This document shows, piece by piece, positions 8,141 through 17,596 of a DNA stretch of 64,000 bases (position 1 is its first letter; each line of letters begins with the position of its first letter). The stretch comes from Myxococcales bacterium (GTDB lineage: Bacteria > Myxococcota_A > Polyangia > Polyangiales > Houyiibacteriaceae), in the NCBI GenBank assembly GCA_012744445.1, contig JAAYBZ010000138.1, positions 845 to 64,844 on the forward strand, in the 5' to 3' direction. A program made the translations under genes and the position numbers. The notes under the pieces are model-generated. The model made no database searches, was not told where the DNA came from, and was given only the letters and a program-made list of their open reading frames with translations.

Positions 8141-9082
8141 ATGGGTCGGACGCAGGGGCTCGAGGGGTATCCGCGAGGACACTTCGTCGTCGCGTTCTCC
8201 GACGAGCTCGCGCAGGGCGAGCTCCGGCGTCTCCACTACTTCGGCCGCGAGCTCGTCCTCTTCCGTGATGCGGAGGGGAGGCCGCGCGTCCTCTCGGCGC
8301 ACTGTCCGCACCGCGGGGCGCACCTCGGCGTGGGCGGGAGCGTCGTGGGGGGCGAGGTCCGCTGCCCCTTCCACGGCTTCCAATTCGACGGCCGCGGCCG
8401 CTGCACGAAGATCCCCTCGGGCGGGCGCGTCCCCGAGGAGGCCCGGCTCGAGGTCTTCGAGACCACCGAGCGGAACGGGATGATCACCGTGCGCTACGAC
8501 CGCGGCGGCGTCGCGCCGGACTACGAGCTGCCCGAGCTCCCCGAGTGCCTCGACCCCGAATACTCCCCCTGGATGGTCCGCACCCTCCGCGTGCGCACGC
8601 ACCCGCGGGAGATCGTCGAGAACGTCGTCGACTTCGCGCACTTCGAGCCCGTACACGAGACGTGTGCCGAGCGCTTCGAGAACGAGTTCCGCGGCCACCT
8701 CGCCGTCCAGCGGAGCGAGGGCGTCGGCGCCCCCACGCATCGCTTCGCGGGGACGGCGTACCGCATCGAGGCCGTCTACCACGGGCCGGGCGTGCAATTC
8801 TCGCGCTTCGAATCACGTGGCATCCGCGTGGTCTTCGTCAACGCCAACACCATGATCGACGAGGGCACGGTGGACCTCCGCTTCGGCGTGCGCGTCGCGA
8901 CGGGCGGCGATCCCCGCTACCACGAGGGCTTCCTCCGGCATTTCATCGGCGACCTCCAGCGCGGATACGAGCAGGACGTCGCCATCTGGGAGCACAAGGT
9001 CTTCCGCGAGCACCCGGTGCTGGCCGAAGGAGACGGCCCCATCGGCGAGCTCCGCCGCTGGTATCGTCAGTTCTACACGTGA
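8141..9082 (+). CDS. KshA-family Rieske [2Fe-2S] non-heme iron oxygenase
   Basis: Rieske motif CPHRG...CPFHG, iron motif NVVDFAHFEPVH, and CTKIP, ERNGMITVRYD. The C-terminal DVAIWEHKVF...GDGPIGELRRWYRQFY matches KshA blocks. An alternative GTG start lies at 8123. Confidence 0.8.
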   Translation: MGRTQGLEGYPRGHFVVAFSDELAQGELRRLHYFGRELVLFRDAEGRPRVLSAHCPHRGAHLGVGGSVVGGEVRCPFHGFQFDGRGRCTKIPSGGRVPEEARLEVFETTERNGMITVRYDRGGVAPDYELPELPECLDPEYSPWMVRTLRVRTHPREIVENVVDFAHFEPVHETCAERFENEFRGHLAVQRSEGVGAPTHRFAGTAYRIEAVYHGPGVQFSRFESRGIRVVFVNANTMIDEGTVDLRFGVRVATGGDPRYHEGFLRHFIGDLQRGYEQDVAIWEHKVFREHPVLAEGDGPIGELRRWYRQFYT

Positions 9083-9090
9083 GGTCGACG

Positions 9091-10977
9091 ATGAGTCTGA
9101 GAGAGCTCCAAGCGAAGGCGGTCCGCGATCCGGAGGGATTCTGGGGGGAGGCGGCGCGCGCCATCACCTTCCGCGTGCCGCCCGCGCGCGTCCTCGACGC
9201 GAGCCGCGCGCCCTTCTACCGATGGTTCGTCGGGGGCGAGCTCAACACCTCGGAGAATTGCCTCGACCGGCACGTGGCGGCGGGGCGCGGCGATCAGCTC
9301 GCGCTGATCTACGACAGCCCGGTCACCGGCACGATCGAGCGCTACACCTACCGTGAGCTGCTCTCTCGCGTGGAGAAGCTCGCGGGCGCGCTCGCCGCGC
9401 GCGGGATCGCGAAGGGCGATCGCGTCGTCATCTACCTCCCGATGATCCCCGAGGCCGCCATCGCGATGCTCGCCTGCGCGCGCCTCGGCGCCGTGCACTC
9501 GGTGGTCTTCGGGGGCTTCGCCGCCAAGGAGCTCGCCGCGCGCATCGACGACGCCAAGCCCAAGCTCGTGCTCTCCGCGTCCTGCGGCATCGAGCCGAAC
9601 CGCGTCGTCGAGTACAAGCCGCTCCTCGACGAGGCCATCCGCCTCGCCACGCACGCGCCCGAGCGCTGCATCATCAAGCAGCGCGCCGCGCGCCGCGCCG
9701 AGCTCGTCGCCGGCCGCGACGAGGACTGGGACGAGGTCGAGCGGAGCGCCACGCCGCACCCGCCCGTCCCGGTCGAGTCCACCCATCCGCTCTACATCCT
9801 CTACACCTCGGGCACGACGGGATCGCCCAAGGGCGTGCTCCGCGACAACGGCGGGCACGCCGTCGCCCTCGCGTGGTCCATGGAGCACGTCTACGGCGTG
9901 AAGCCGGGCGAGGTCTTCTGGGCCGCCTCCGACGTCGGCTGGGTCGTCGGCCACAGCTACATCGTCTACGGACCGCTCCTCCACGGCTGCACCACCGTCC
10001 TCTACGAGGGCAAGCCCGTGGGCACGCCCGACGCGGGGGCCTTCTTTCGCGTCATCGCCGAGCACGGCGTCTCGGTCTTCTTCACCGCGCCCACGGCCTT
10101 CCGCGCCATCCGCCGCGAGGATCCCGAGGGAAAGCACGTGAGGCGCTACGACCTCTCCAAGCTCCGCGCGCTCTTCCTCGCCGGCGAGCGGAGCGATCCC
10201 ACCACCGTCGCCTTCGCCGAAGAGCTGCTCGGCGTGCCCGTCGTCGATCACTACTGGCAGACGGAGACCGGTTGGCCCATCGCGGCCAACTGCCTCGGCA
10301 TCGAGCGCCTCCCCGTGAAGCACGGCTCGCCCACCAAGCCCGTGCCGGGCTGGGACATCCGCGTGCTCGACGAGTTCGGCAAGGAGCTCCCCGCCGGCGA
10401 GATCGGCTCGGTCGTGGTGAAGCTCCCGCTCCCTCCGGGCAGCCTCCTCACCATCTACGGCGACGACGAGCGCTACGTGGAGAAGTACCTCTCGCGCTTC
10501 CCCGGCTTCTACGAGACCGCCGACGCGGGCTACCTCGACGAGGACGGCTACCTCTTCGTGATGGCGCGCACCGACGACGTCATCAACGTCGCGGGGCACC
10601 GCCTCTCCACCGGCGCGCTCGAGGAGGCGCTCGCCTCGCACCCCGACGTCGCCGAATGCGCCGTCGTCGGCGTGCACGACGAGCTCAAGGGACAGCTCCC
10701 GCTCGGCTTCGTCGTCCTCAAGGACGGGGTCGACCGGCCCCACGAAGAGGTAGAGCGCGAGATCGTCGCCCTCGTCCGCGAGCGCATCGGCCCCGTCGCG
10801 GCCTTCCGTCGCGCCGTGGTCGTGCCGCGCCTACCCAAGACACGGTCGGGGAAAATCCTGCGTAAGACGATGCAGGCCATTGCGGAGGAGCGTCAGGTCG
10901 ACACACCGGCTACGATCGACGATCCTAGGATCCTCTCGGAGATCGGCGACGCGTTGCGTTCTTCGAAGAGCCCCTGA
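9091..10977 (+). CDS. AMP-forming acyl-CoA synthetase, propionyl-/acetyl-CoA synthetase-like
   Basis: 628 aa from ATG 9091 (MSLRELQAKAVRDPEGFWGEAA, a PrpE/Acs-like N-terminus). Contains YTSGTTGSPKG, YWQTETG and PKTRSGKILR. The upstream part of the 810-aa track ORF is a shadow over the Rieske gene. Confidence 0.85.
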   Translation: MSLRELQAKAVRDPEGFWGEAARAITFRVPPARVLDASRAPFYRWFVGGELNTSENCLDRHVAAGRGDQLALIYDSPVTGTIERYTYRELLSRVEKLAGALAARGIAKGDRVVIYLPMIPEAAIAMLACARLGAVHSVVFGGFAAKELAARIDDAKPKLVLSASCGIEPNRVVEYKPLLDEAIRLATHAPERCIIKQRAARRAELVAGRDEDWDEVERSATPHPPVPVESTHPLYILYTSGTTGSPKGVLRDNGGHAVALAWSMEHVYGVKPGEVFWAASDVGWVVGHSYIVYGPLLHGCTTVLYEGKPVGTPDAGAFFRVIAEHGVSVFFTAPTAFRAIRREDPEGKHVRRYDLSKLRALFLAGERSDPTTVAFAEELLGVPVVDHYWQTETGWPIAANCLGIERLPVKHGSPTKPVPGWDIRVLDEFGKELPAGEIGSVVVKLPLPPGSLLTIYGDDERYVEKYLSRFPGFYETADAGYLDEDGYLFVMARTDDVINVAGHRLSTGALEEALASHPDVAECAVVGVHDELKGQLPLGFVVLKDGVDRPHEEVEREIVALVRERIGPVAAFRRAVVVPRLPKTRSGKILRKTMQAIAEERQVDTPATIDDPRILSEIGDALRSSKSP

Positions 10978-11011
10978 ACACAACGCGGAACCCAAAGCCC
11001 ACGAGATCCCG

Positions 11012-11509
11012 ATGAGTAACGTCGTAGCCGACGGCAAGGTCGTCATCCTCAACTACACCCTGAAGAACGCCCAGGGCCTCGTCCTCGACGAGTCGACCCA
11101 CGATGATCCGTTCCCCTACCTCCACGGCGCCGACAACATCGTGCCGGGCCTCGAGCGCGCGCTCACCGGGCGCAGCGTCGGCGAGAAGCTCGAAGTGAAG
11201 GTCGAGCCCAAGGACGGCTACGGCGAGCGCGAGGGCGTGCCGCAGGCGGTGCCCCGCTCCGCCTTCCCGCCCGACGCGCCCGTCATGGAGGGCATGCAGT
11301 TCTTCGCGTCCGACGGGCAGGGGAACCACATGCCGATCTGGGTCGTGGGCGTGCAGGGCGACGAGGTCCTCGTCGACGGCAACCACCCGCTCGCCGGTGA
11401 GGTCCTCCACTTCTCCGTGGAGATCCTCGGCGTCCGCGACGCCACGCGCGAAGAGATGGCGCACGGCCACCCGCACGGCGTCACCGGCCACGAAGGCCAC
11501 GACCACTGA
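11012..11509 (+). CDS. slyD: FKBP-type peptidyl-prolyl isomerase SlyD
   Basis: N-terminus VVILNYTLKN, blocks PFPYLHGADNIVPGLERAL and NHPLAGEVLHFSVEI, and a His-rich tail HGHPHGVTGHEGHDH. Confidence 0.85.
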   Translation: MSNVVADGKVVILNYTLKNAQGLVLDESTHDDPFPYLHGADNIVPGLERALTGRSVGEKLEVKVEPKDGYGEREGVPQAVPRSAFPPDAPVMEGMQFFASDGQGNHMPIWVVGVQGDEVLVDGNHPLAGEVLHFSVEILGVRDATREEMAHGHPHGVTGHEGHDH

Positions 11510-11539
11510 GGCGCGCGCCCGAGCGGCACGCGCCCGCGC

Positions 11540-12100
11540 TCAACGCCCTCGTCGCCGGAGCTCGTCGGCCCGGCGGTGGAGGGCGAGGAGCTCGCGCTGC
11601 ACCTCGGGCGGCACGCTCTCGGCGAGGACGATCTTCCACTCGCCGCCGTCCTTGCGCAGGACGACGGGCGGGGCGTCGGTCTCGCCCTCGGGCCGCACCT
11701 CGCAGCGTTTCTCGCTGCAGTCGTAGGTGAGGCTCGCCTTGCGCGCGACGAGCCGGCCGAAGACGAAGCCGGTGAGGCCCTCCTGCTCCTCGACGCGGTA
11801 GTCGGCGAAGGTCTCGAGCATCGCCGCGCGGCTCACGAGCTCGAAGCGCTCGCGCATGAGGAGACGCCGCTGGATCTCGCGCTCGGGCACGTCGGCCACG
11901 CCGTAGGCTTCGAAGAGCGATTCGACGGTCTTCTCGGGCGTCGAGAAGCGCGGGTCGGGCTCGGCGCAGGCCGAGATCACGAGCGAGGCGAAGACGGCGA
12001 GGACGGCGCGCACGGCCCGCTTATCGCAGGCCTCGGGCGCCTTGGGCAAATAAGCGATCGGCTCGCGCCCCGGGCGCCGGGGTGGCAGAACGCGCCCCAT
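11540..12100 (-). CDS. hypothetical lipoprotein
   Basis: Lipobox LVISAC. The start is uncertain: ATG at 12100, or GTG at 12013 giving MRAVLAVFASLVISAC. Confidence 0.5.
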   Translation of the reverse strand: MGRVLPPRRPGREPIAYLPKAPEACDKRAVRAVLAVFASLVISACAEPDPRFSTPEKTVESLFEAYGVADVPEREIQRRLLMRERFELVSRAAMLETFADYRVEEQEGLTGFVFGRLVARKASLTYDCSEKRCEVRPEGETDAPPVVLRKDGGEWKIVLAESVPPEVQRELLALHRRADELRRRGR

Positions 12101-12635
12101 GGCCCTGAAGGCGACGGTGTTCAAAGCCGAGGTCGAGGTCGCCGACGTGGATCGGGGGCATTACGGGACGTATGCGCTCACCATCGCGCGGCACCCCTCC
12201 GAGACCGACGTGCGCATGATGGTCCGCGTGCTCGCCTTCGCGCTCAACGCCACCGAGCGCCTCGAGTTCACGCGCGGCCTCTGCGTCGACGACGAGCCCG
12301 ACCTCTGGGAGCGCGACCTCACCGGGGCCATCACCACCTGGATCGAGCTCGGCCAGCCCGACGAGAAGCGCCTCCGCAAGGCGGCCTCGCGCGCCTCGCG
12401 CGTCGTCGTCTACGGCTACGGCGGCCAAGCCACCCGCGCGTGGTGGGCGTCGCAGAAGACGGCCCTCGCCCGCGTGCGCGGCCTCGAGGTCTACGACGTC
12501 CCGCGCGAGGTGGCCGAGCGCCTCGGCGCGCTCGCCGAGCGCGACATGCGCCTCTCGTGCACCGTGCAGGAGGGCGGCGTCTTCTTCGGCACCGCGGGCG
12601 AGACGCTCCAGTTCGAGCTCGAGCGGCTCACCTGA
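12099..12635 (+). CDS. yaeQ: YaeQ family protein
   Basis: MALKATVFKAEVEVADVDR...LTIARHPSETDVRMMVRVLAFAL...LEFTRGLCVDDEPDLW...WIELGQPDEKR is near-colinear with E. coli YaeQ as remembered. Confidence 0.85.
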   Translation: MALKATVFKAEVEVADVDRGHYGTYALTIARHPSETDVRMMVRVLAFALNATERLEFTRGLCVDDEPDLWERDLTGAITTWIELGQPDEKRLRKAASRASRVVVYGYGGQATRAWWASQKTALARVRGLEVYDVPREVAERLGALAERDMRLSCTVQEGGVFFGTAGETLQFELERLT

Positions 12636-12686
12636 CGCGACGCGAGAGCGCGCTCGTTACGCGGGGCGCCGTGGTAGTCTCGGCCC

Positions 12687-13385
12687 GTGCGAGACGATAC
12701 GGACCTGGCCCGGCTCGCCCGCGAGGGGCGGGAGCGGATCGAGAAGGAAGCGAGGCGAAAGGCCGAGGAGGCGCGGAGCCACGGCAACACGCACGTGCGC
12801 GTCGCGCTCGGGGTGCACTACGGGAGCCCGCGAAAGCGCGTCTCGGGCGTGATCATGGCGCTCGGCATCGTGGGGACGATCGCGACCGCATCCGCCGCGT
12901 CGGCCGTGGACAGCAGCGTGCCCGGCGAGATGGTGATCCTCCCGCTCTTCCTGACCTTCTACGGCGCGCTCGCGCTCGGCCTCCTCCAACCCACCGCGAG
13001 CGAGAGCCGCGTCGTGGCGGAGCATGCCTATGTCGAGGATCGGCCCTACCGCGTCACCGGCTACTTCGAATCGCTCTCCATTACGCCGATGCCGAAGATG
13101 ACGCTCTCGGCGCAGCTCACCTTCGCGGGTGAGGTGCCGCCCACCTCGCTCGTCCGCGACATCGTGGGGCGGGTCGACACGCAGGCGACCGTGGAGCCCA
13201 TGGGCAGCGGGCTCCTCGTCCAGAGCGGCCCCATCTCGGGCGTGACGGGCATCCGCTCGGGCGGCGTCTGGATCCACCGCAACCACATGATCGTGCCCTG
13301 GGTCCACGCCTTCCTCGACGAGGTCGCCGCCCCCCTGCACGCGCGCTATCCGCTCGCGCAGGTCGACTTCGATCGCCTCGTCTGA
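12687..13385 (+). CDS. hypothetical membrane protein
   Basis: 232-aa ORF with coding-like G/C third positions and two hydrophobic helices (GVIMALGIVGTIATASAA, MVILPLFLTFYGALALGLL). No family recognised. Confidence 0.45.
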   Translation: MRDDTDLARLAREGRERIEKEARRKAEEARSHGNTHVRVALGVHYGSPRKRVSGVIMALGIVGTIATASAASAVDSSVPGEMVILPLFLTFYGALALGLLQPTASESRVVAEHAYVEDRPYRVTGYFESLSITPMPKMTLSAQLTFAGEVPPTSLVRDIVGRVDTQATVEPMGSGLLVQSGPISGVTGIRSGGVWIHRNHMIVPWVHAFLDEVAAPLHARYPLAQVDFDRLV

Positions 13386-13446
13386 TCCTTCGCCTTGCGC
13401 GCCGCGCGCCTCGTGCGCGATCCTCGCACGTCCCCCGAGGTCTCCG

Positions 13447-13863
13447 ATGCGCGCGTGGAAGCTTTCGATCGTGGTGTTCGCGTTGCTCTGCGGCGCGGGC
13501 GGGTGCATGAGCTACGAGGAGGGCGCCCGCCAATATCACGTCGGCGCGTACTCCTGCCCCGCCGAGCGGGTCTCCGTCCGGCCTCGGCCCGATCTCGACG
13601 CCTACGACGTCACCTTCGGCGATCTGGTGAAGCCCAGCGAAGAGGTGTTGAACGACCCGGAGCGCTACGCCGTCTGGAAGAAGGAAGACGAGAAGCGCCG
13701 CGCGACCTACCGGAAGAACGGCGAGGTCTACGAGTCCACCGGCTGCGGCCAGACCGCGATCCTCCTCTGCTTCCACCCCCAGAACGTCGGCGGTCGGGGC
13801 GGCATGGATCCCACGCGGGTCGCCTGCGCGCCCCTCAAGGCCGGGCCGGACGTCGTGTACTGA
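13447..13863 (+). CDS. hypothetical lipoprotein
   Basis: Signal peptide MRAWKLSIVVFALLCGAGGC with a lipobox. No family recognised. Confidence 0.5.
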   Translation: MRAWKLSIVVFALLCGAGGCMSYEEGARQYHVGAYSCPAERVSVRPRPDLDAYDVTFGDLVKPSEEVLNDPERYAVWKKEDEKRRATYRKNGEVYESTGCGQTAILLCFHPQNVGGRGGMDPTRVACAPLKAGPDVVY

Positions 13864-13919
13864 GGCGCGCGGCGACGGGGTCGCTTGCCGTGCGCCGTGC
13901 GCCGCCCGAAGATGGGAGC

Positions 13920-14501
13920 GTGTGCGCCGGCTACAGCACCGTGGGGGAGGTCCGAGGCTGGGCCGATACGCGCCTCCTTCCCCTCTTCCCCGAGCTCTTC
14001 GCGCCGCAGGTCGAGCTCGTGCGGCCGACGCACCTCATGCCCGTCGTCGTCGGCCGTGAGGCGTGGCACGTCGAGCGGATGAAGTGGGGCTTCGTCCCGC
14101 GCTGGGGCGTCGCGCGCGGCGCCAAGCCCATGATCAACGCCCGCGCCGAGTCGCTCTTCGAGCGGCCCTATTTCCGCGAGGCGGCGCGGGAGCGGCGCGC
14201 CCTGGTCACGGCGACGGCGTTCTACGAGTGGGTCGCGGTGCCGGGGCAGAAGCGCAAGAAGCGCATCGCCTTCCGGCGGCGCGACGGCCGCGCGCTGCTC
14301 ATCGCGGCGCTCTGGGAGCCGGGGCCCGAGGTGGCGACCTACACCCTCGTCACCACCGAGGCCTCGGCGCCGGTGCGCGCGATCCACGATCGCCAGCCCG
14401 TCGTCCTCGAGGAGGCAGAGCTCGACGCCTGGATGCACGACGGCGATCGCGCCGTGCTCCGCCCGAGCGAAGACGACGTGCTCGTCGGCGCCGAGGGCTA
14501 G
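13920..14501 (+). CDS. SOS-response-associated peptidase (SRAP/YedK, DUF159)
   Basis: GTG 13920 is followed by Cys2 (M-C-A-G-Y), the catalytic N-terminal Cys of SRAP. Also KWGFVPRW, INARAES, AFYEW and IHDRQPVVL. The upstream part of the 368-aa track ORF overlaps the lipoprotein gene. Confidence 0.8.
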   Translation: MCAGYSTVGEVRGWADTRLLPLFPELFAPQVELVRPTHLMPVVVGREAWHVERMKWGFVPRWGVARGAKPMINARAESLFERPYFREAARERRALVTATAFYEWVAVPGQKRKKRIAFRRRDGRALLIAALWEPGPEVATYTLVTTEASAPVRAIHDRQPVVLEEAELDAWMHDGDRAVLRPSEDDVLVGAEG

Positions 14502-15772
14502 GCCTCCGCCGAGCGCTCGGCGCGCTCCACGAGCTCGACGAGGCCCTCGAAGTCGAAGCGCGGCGCATGGCGAGGCGGCATGCGGCCGACGCCGCGCCGA
14601 CGGAGGGCGAGGCGCGCGCGGCGGGCGAGGGCGCGGCGCGAGAGCATCGAGGTCGCCGGCACGTCGCGGCGCACGGGCTCGCGCGCGACGATCTCCTCGA
14701 GGAAATCGGCGAGGCGTTCGTAAGTCCGCGCCGAGGGATCGAAGGTCCACGCCTCGCGCGTCCGCGCGTCCACGGTGAACTCGCGCGCGATCGAGGTGAG
14801 CGCGTCGAGCGAGGGGCGAGGGCCTTCGTCGAGCGCGACGGCGGGCGCGAACGCCTCCTCGACGGTCTGGACGAGGCCGAGCCGCCGGAAGGGGTGGTGT
14901 TCGAGCACGAGGTTCACGGCGGGCACCCCCGCGAGGTGCGCCTCCACGAGGCTCCCGCTCCGCGCCGCGATCACCAGATCGGAGACGCGCACGAGCGGCG
15001 CGATGTCGCCCTCCGACTCGATCGCGACGTTGGGCACGCTCGCCAGATCCTCGAAGTGCGCGCGGTAGTTCTCGAGCTTCGTCGGGTGGAGACGGAGCAC
15101 GAAGAGCACGTCGGGGTTCTCGGCCGCGAGCGCGCGGAGCAGGGCGATCGCGGGATCCCGCAGATCGCGCAGGTAGTGGATCGCCTCGTAGAGGTAGGGG
15201 AGCGGACGCTCGCCCACCATCGCGCGATCGGCCATCGGATCGCGGATCGCCGCCGGATAGGAGTCGACGAAGAGCACGCGCTTCTCTCGGCGCCGGAGGG
15301 CGGGGTCGAGGCGCGCGAGCACCTCGTCTCGCGGCACGCGCGAGAGGCGCACGTGGGAGGCGTGCTTGATCGATCCGCAGACGCGCACACGGCTCGGATC
15401 CATCGCGGGGTTCTCGAGCAGGAGCGCCTCGCGGAAGGCGTCGCCCCAGGCCACCCGTCCGTCGACGAGGCGCGATCCGAGCACCTCGTCGAAGCGGAAG
15501 CGATATTGGTTCACCGGGTTCGCGAACTGCTCCCAGATGAGGTTCACGTTGCGCTGGCGCGGCCCGAGGTCGGCCCACTTGCCGAGGAAGTGCGGGACGC
15601 TGTCGCTCACGTTGTCGAGGACGAGATCGGGCGCGACGCGTGGGAAGTCGCGCTCGAGGTGCCAGGTGTCGGTCCAGACCACCTCGTGCCCGCGCGCCGC
15701 GAGGGCGCGCTCGAGGAGGAGCAGGGCGAAGCGCTCGCGCTCGGGGTGCTCTTCGACGACGAGGACGCGCAT
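14498..15772 (-). CDS. putative surface-carbohydrate biosynthesis protein (GT-B-like)
   Basis: 424-aa ORF, divergent from a cytidylyltransferase gene. Rossmann-like halves (MRVLVVEE..., KRVLFVDSYP..., SDLVIAARSGSLVEAHLAGVP). The family call is tentative. Confidence 0.5.
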   Translation of the reverse strand: MRVLVVEEHPERERFALLLLERALAARGHEVVWTDTWHLERDFPRVAPDLVLDNVSDSVPHFLGKWADLGPRQRNVNLIWEQFANPVNQYRFRFDEVLGSRLVDGRVAWGDAFREALLLENPAMDPSRVRVCGSIKHASHVRLSRVPRDEVLARLDPALRRREKRVLFVDSYPAAIRDPMADRAMVGERPLPYLYEAIHYLRDLRDPAIALLRALAAENPDVLFVLRLHPTKLENYRAHFEDLASVPNVAIESEGDIAPLVRVSDLVIAARSGSLVEAHLAGVPAVNLVLEHHPFRRLGLVQTVEEAFAPAVALDEGPRPSLDALTSIAREFTVDARTREAWTFDPSARTYERLADFLEEIVAREPVRRDVPATSMLSRRALARRARLALRRRGVGRMPPRHAPRFDFEGLVELVERAERSAEA

Positions 15773-15931
15773 CGATCAGCGCGCCTCGCCGCGCGACGCA
15801 GAGAAATCGGATCCGGCGGGGATCATCGCGCTACTCTACCGAAAATCGGGCGCACGGGCGCTCGACGCGACGCGCATGGTGAGATCGATCGGCACGCCCC
15901 TCTGCGCGCGCCTCCACGCGGGGGAGGCGCG

Positions 15932-17596
15932 ATGAAGGGACGCTCCGTCCTCGTGCTCGTCCAGGCGCGCACCTCGTCGACGCGGCTCCCCGGCAAGGTG
16001 CTCCTCCCCGTCGGCGGGATCCCGCTCGCGATCCTCGCGGCGAAGCGCGCGGCGCGCGACGGGCTCCCCACGCGGCTCGCCACGAGCGTCGATCCGAGCG
16101 ACGACGAGCTCGCCCGCCTCGCCGCGCGCGAGGGGATCGATGTCTTCCGCGGCGCGCTCGACGATCCGCTCGCGCGCTTCGTCGCGGCCTCGGCCGACCT
16201 CGGCGGAGGCGCCCTCGTCGTCCGCCTCACGGCCGACAACCCCTTCCCGGACGCCGAATTCGTGCGCGGGCTCGTCGAGGAATGCACCCGCCGCGGGCTC
16301 CGCTACCTCCGCGCCTCGACCGAGAGCGGCCTCGCCTACGGCCTGAGCGCCGAGGTCTTCGACGTCGACGCGCTCCGCGAGGCCGGCCGCGAGGCGCGCG
16401 ATCCCTACGATCGCGAGCACGTCACGCCCTTCTTGCGCCGGCGCGTCGGCGACGCGATCGCCGCGCGCGATCCGTCGCTCGCGCCGTGCCCCCACCTACG
16501 CGCCACGATCGACACCTTCGACGACTACCAGCGCGCGCTCCGCGTCTTTTCGGGCGTGGACGATCCGGTGGGCGTCTCCTACCGCGCGCTCGTCGAGCGC
16601 CTCGCGGCCCTGCCCGACGCGCCCGCCCACGCGATCCCGCGCGCGGCGCGCGAACCGGGGCTCGCCCGCCTCGTGCTCGGTACGGCGCAGCTCGGCCTGC
16701 CCTACGGCGTCGCCAACGAGTCCGGGATGCCCGCCGAGGCCGAGGCCCACGCCATCGTCACGTCGGCCTTCGAGCACGGCGTGACGCACGTCGACACGGC
16801 GCGCGCCTACGGCGAGGCCGAGGCCCGTCTCGGCCGCGCGCTCTCCCGCCTCGGCGCCTCCTCACTCGCCGTGATCACCAAGCTCCGCCCCCTCGACGAC
16901 GGCCTCGCGCGGAGCCCTCGCGAGTGGGCGCTCGAGGCCGAGCGGTCGCTGCTCGAATCCCTCGTCGCGCTCGGACGGCCCTCGGTGGACGTCCTCCTCT
17001 TCCACCGCGCGGGCGATCTCGATCTCGGCGAGGGGGTCGTGCTCGCCCGCCTCCTCGAGCTCCGCGCCGAAGGGCGCGTCGGCGCGCTCGGCGTCTCGGT
17101 CCAATCGCCGGTGGAGGCGCTGCGCGCGCTCGAGCGGCCGGAGCTCACGCACGTGCAGCTCCCCCTGAACCTCCTCGACCATCGCTTCGAGGCCGTGGCC
17201 GAGGCCCGCCTCGCGCGCCCCGACGTCACGATCGTCGCGCGGAGCGCGCTCCTCCAGGGGCTCCTCTCCGGCCGCGTGCCGCCCGCGCGTTTCCCGCGCG
17301 CCGGAGCGGTCGATCCCGCCTCCCTCCTCGCTACGCTGGGCGCGCTCGTCCGCGAGCTCGGCCGCGAGGATCTCGTCGATCTCGCGCTCGCCTACGTGCG
17401 CGGCGAGCCCTGGATCGACGCCGTCGTGCTCGGGATCGAGCGCGTGGACCAGCTCCGCGACGCCGCCCGGCGGTTCTCGACCCCGCCGCTCGACGCCGCC
17501 GCGCGCGCGCGCGTCCGTGAGGCGCTCCCCCGCTGCCCCGACGAGCTCCTGGACCCGAGCCGCTGGACGTTCGATGATCCGCCCGATGGACCCTGA
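15932..17596 (+). CDS. SpsF-like cytidylyltransferase fused to aldo/keto reductase
   Basis: ATG 15932 follows GGGGAGG. N-terminal domain VLVQARTSSTRLPGKVLLPVGG...RLTADNPF...DREHVTPF. C-terminal AKR domain LGTAQLGLPYG...HVDTARAYGEAE. The upstream 1869 nt of the 1177-aa track ORF is a shadow. Confidence 0.75.
   Translation: MKGRSVLVLVQARTSSTRLPGKVLLPVGGIPLAILAAKRAARDGLPTRLATSVDPSDDELARLAAREGIDVFRGALDDPLARFVAASADLGGGALVVRLTADNPFPDAEFVRGLVEECTRRGLRYLRASTESGLAYGLSAEVFDVDALREAGREARDPYDREHVTPFLRRRVGDAIAARDPSLAPCPHLRATIDTFDDYQRALRVFSGVDDPVGVSYRALVERLAALPDAPAHAIPRAAREPGLARLVLGTAQLGLPYGVANESGMPAEAEAHAIVTSAFEHGVTHVDTARAYGEAEARLGRALSRLGASSLAVITKLRPLDDGLARSPREWALEAERSLLESLVALGRPSVDVLLFHRAGDLDLGEGVVLARLLELRAEGRVGALGVSVQSPVEALRALERPELTHVQLPLNLLDHRFEAVAEARLARPDVTIVARSALLQGLLSGRVPPARFPRAGAVDPASLLATLGALVRELGREDLVDLALAYVRGEPWIDAVVLGIERVDQLRDAARRFSTPPLDAAARARVREALPRCPDELLDPSRWTFDDPPDGP

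Noticed and set aside
13728-15931. 616-aa minus ORF (13728-15578) and the first 623 codons of the 1177-aa plus ORF (14063-15931)
   Set aside because: These are Arg/Gly/Pro-dominated shadow frames over the SRAP and GT-like genes. Recognisable domains begin only at 15932.
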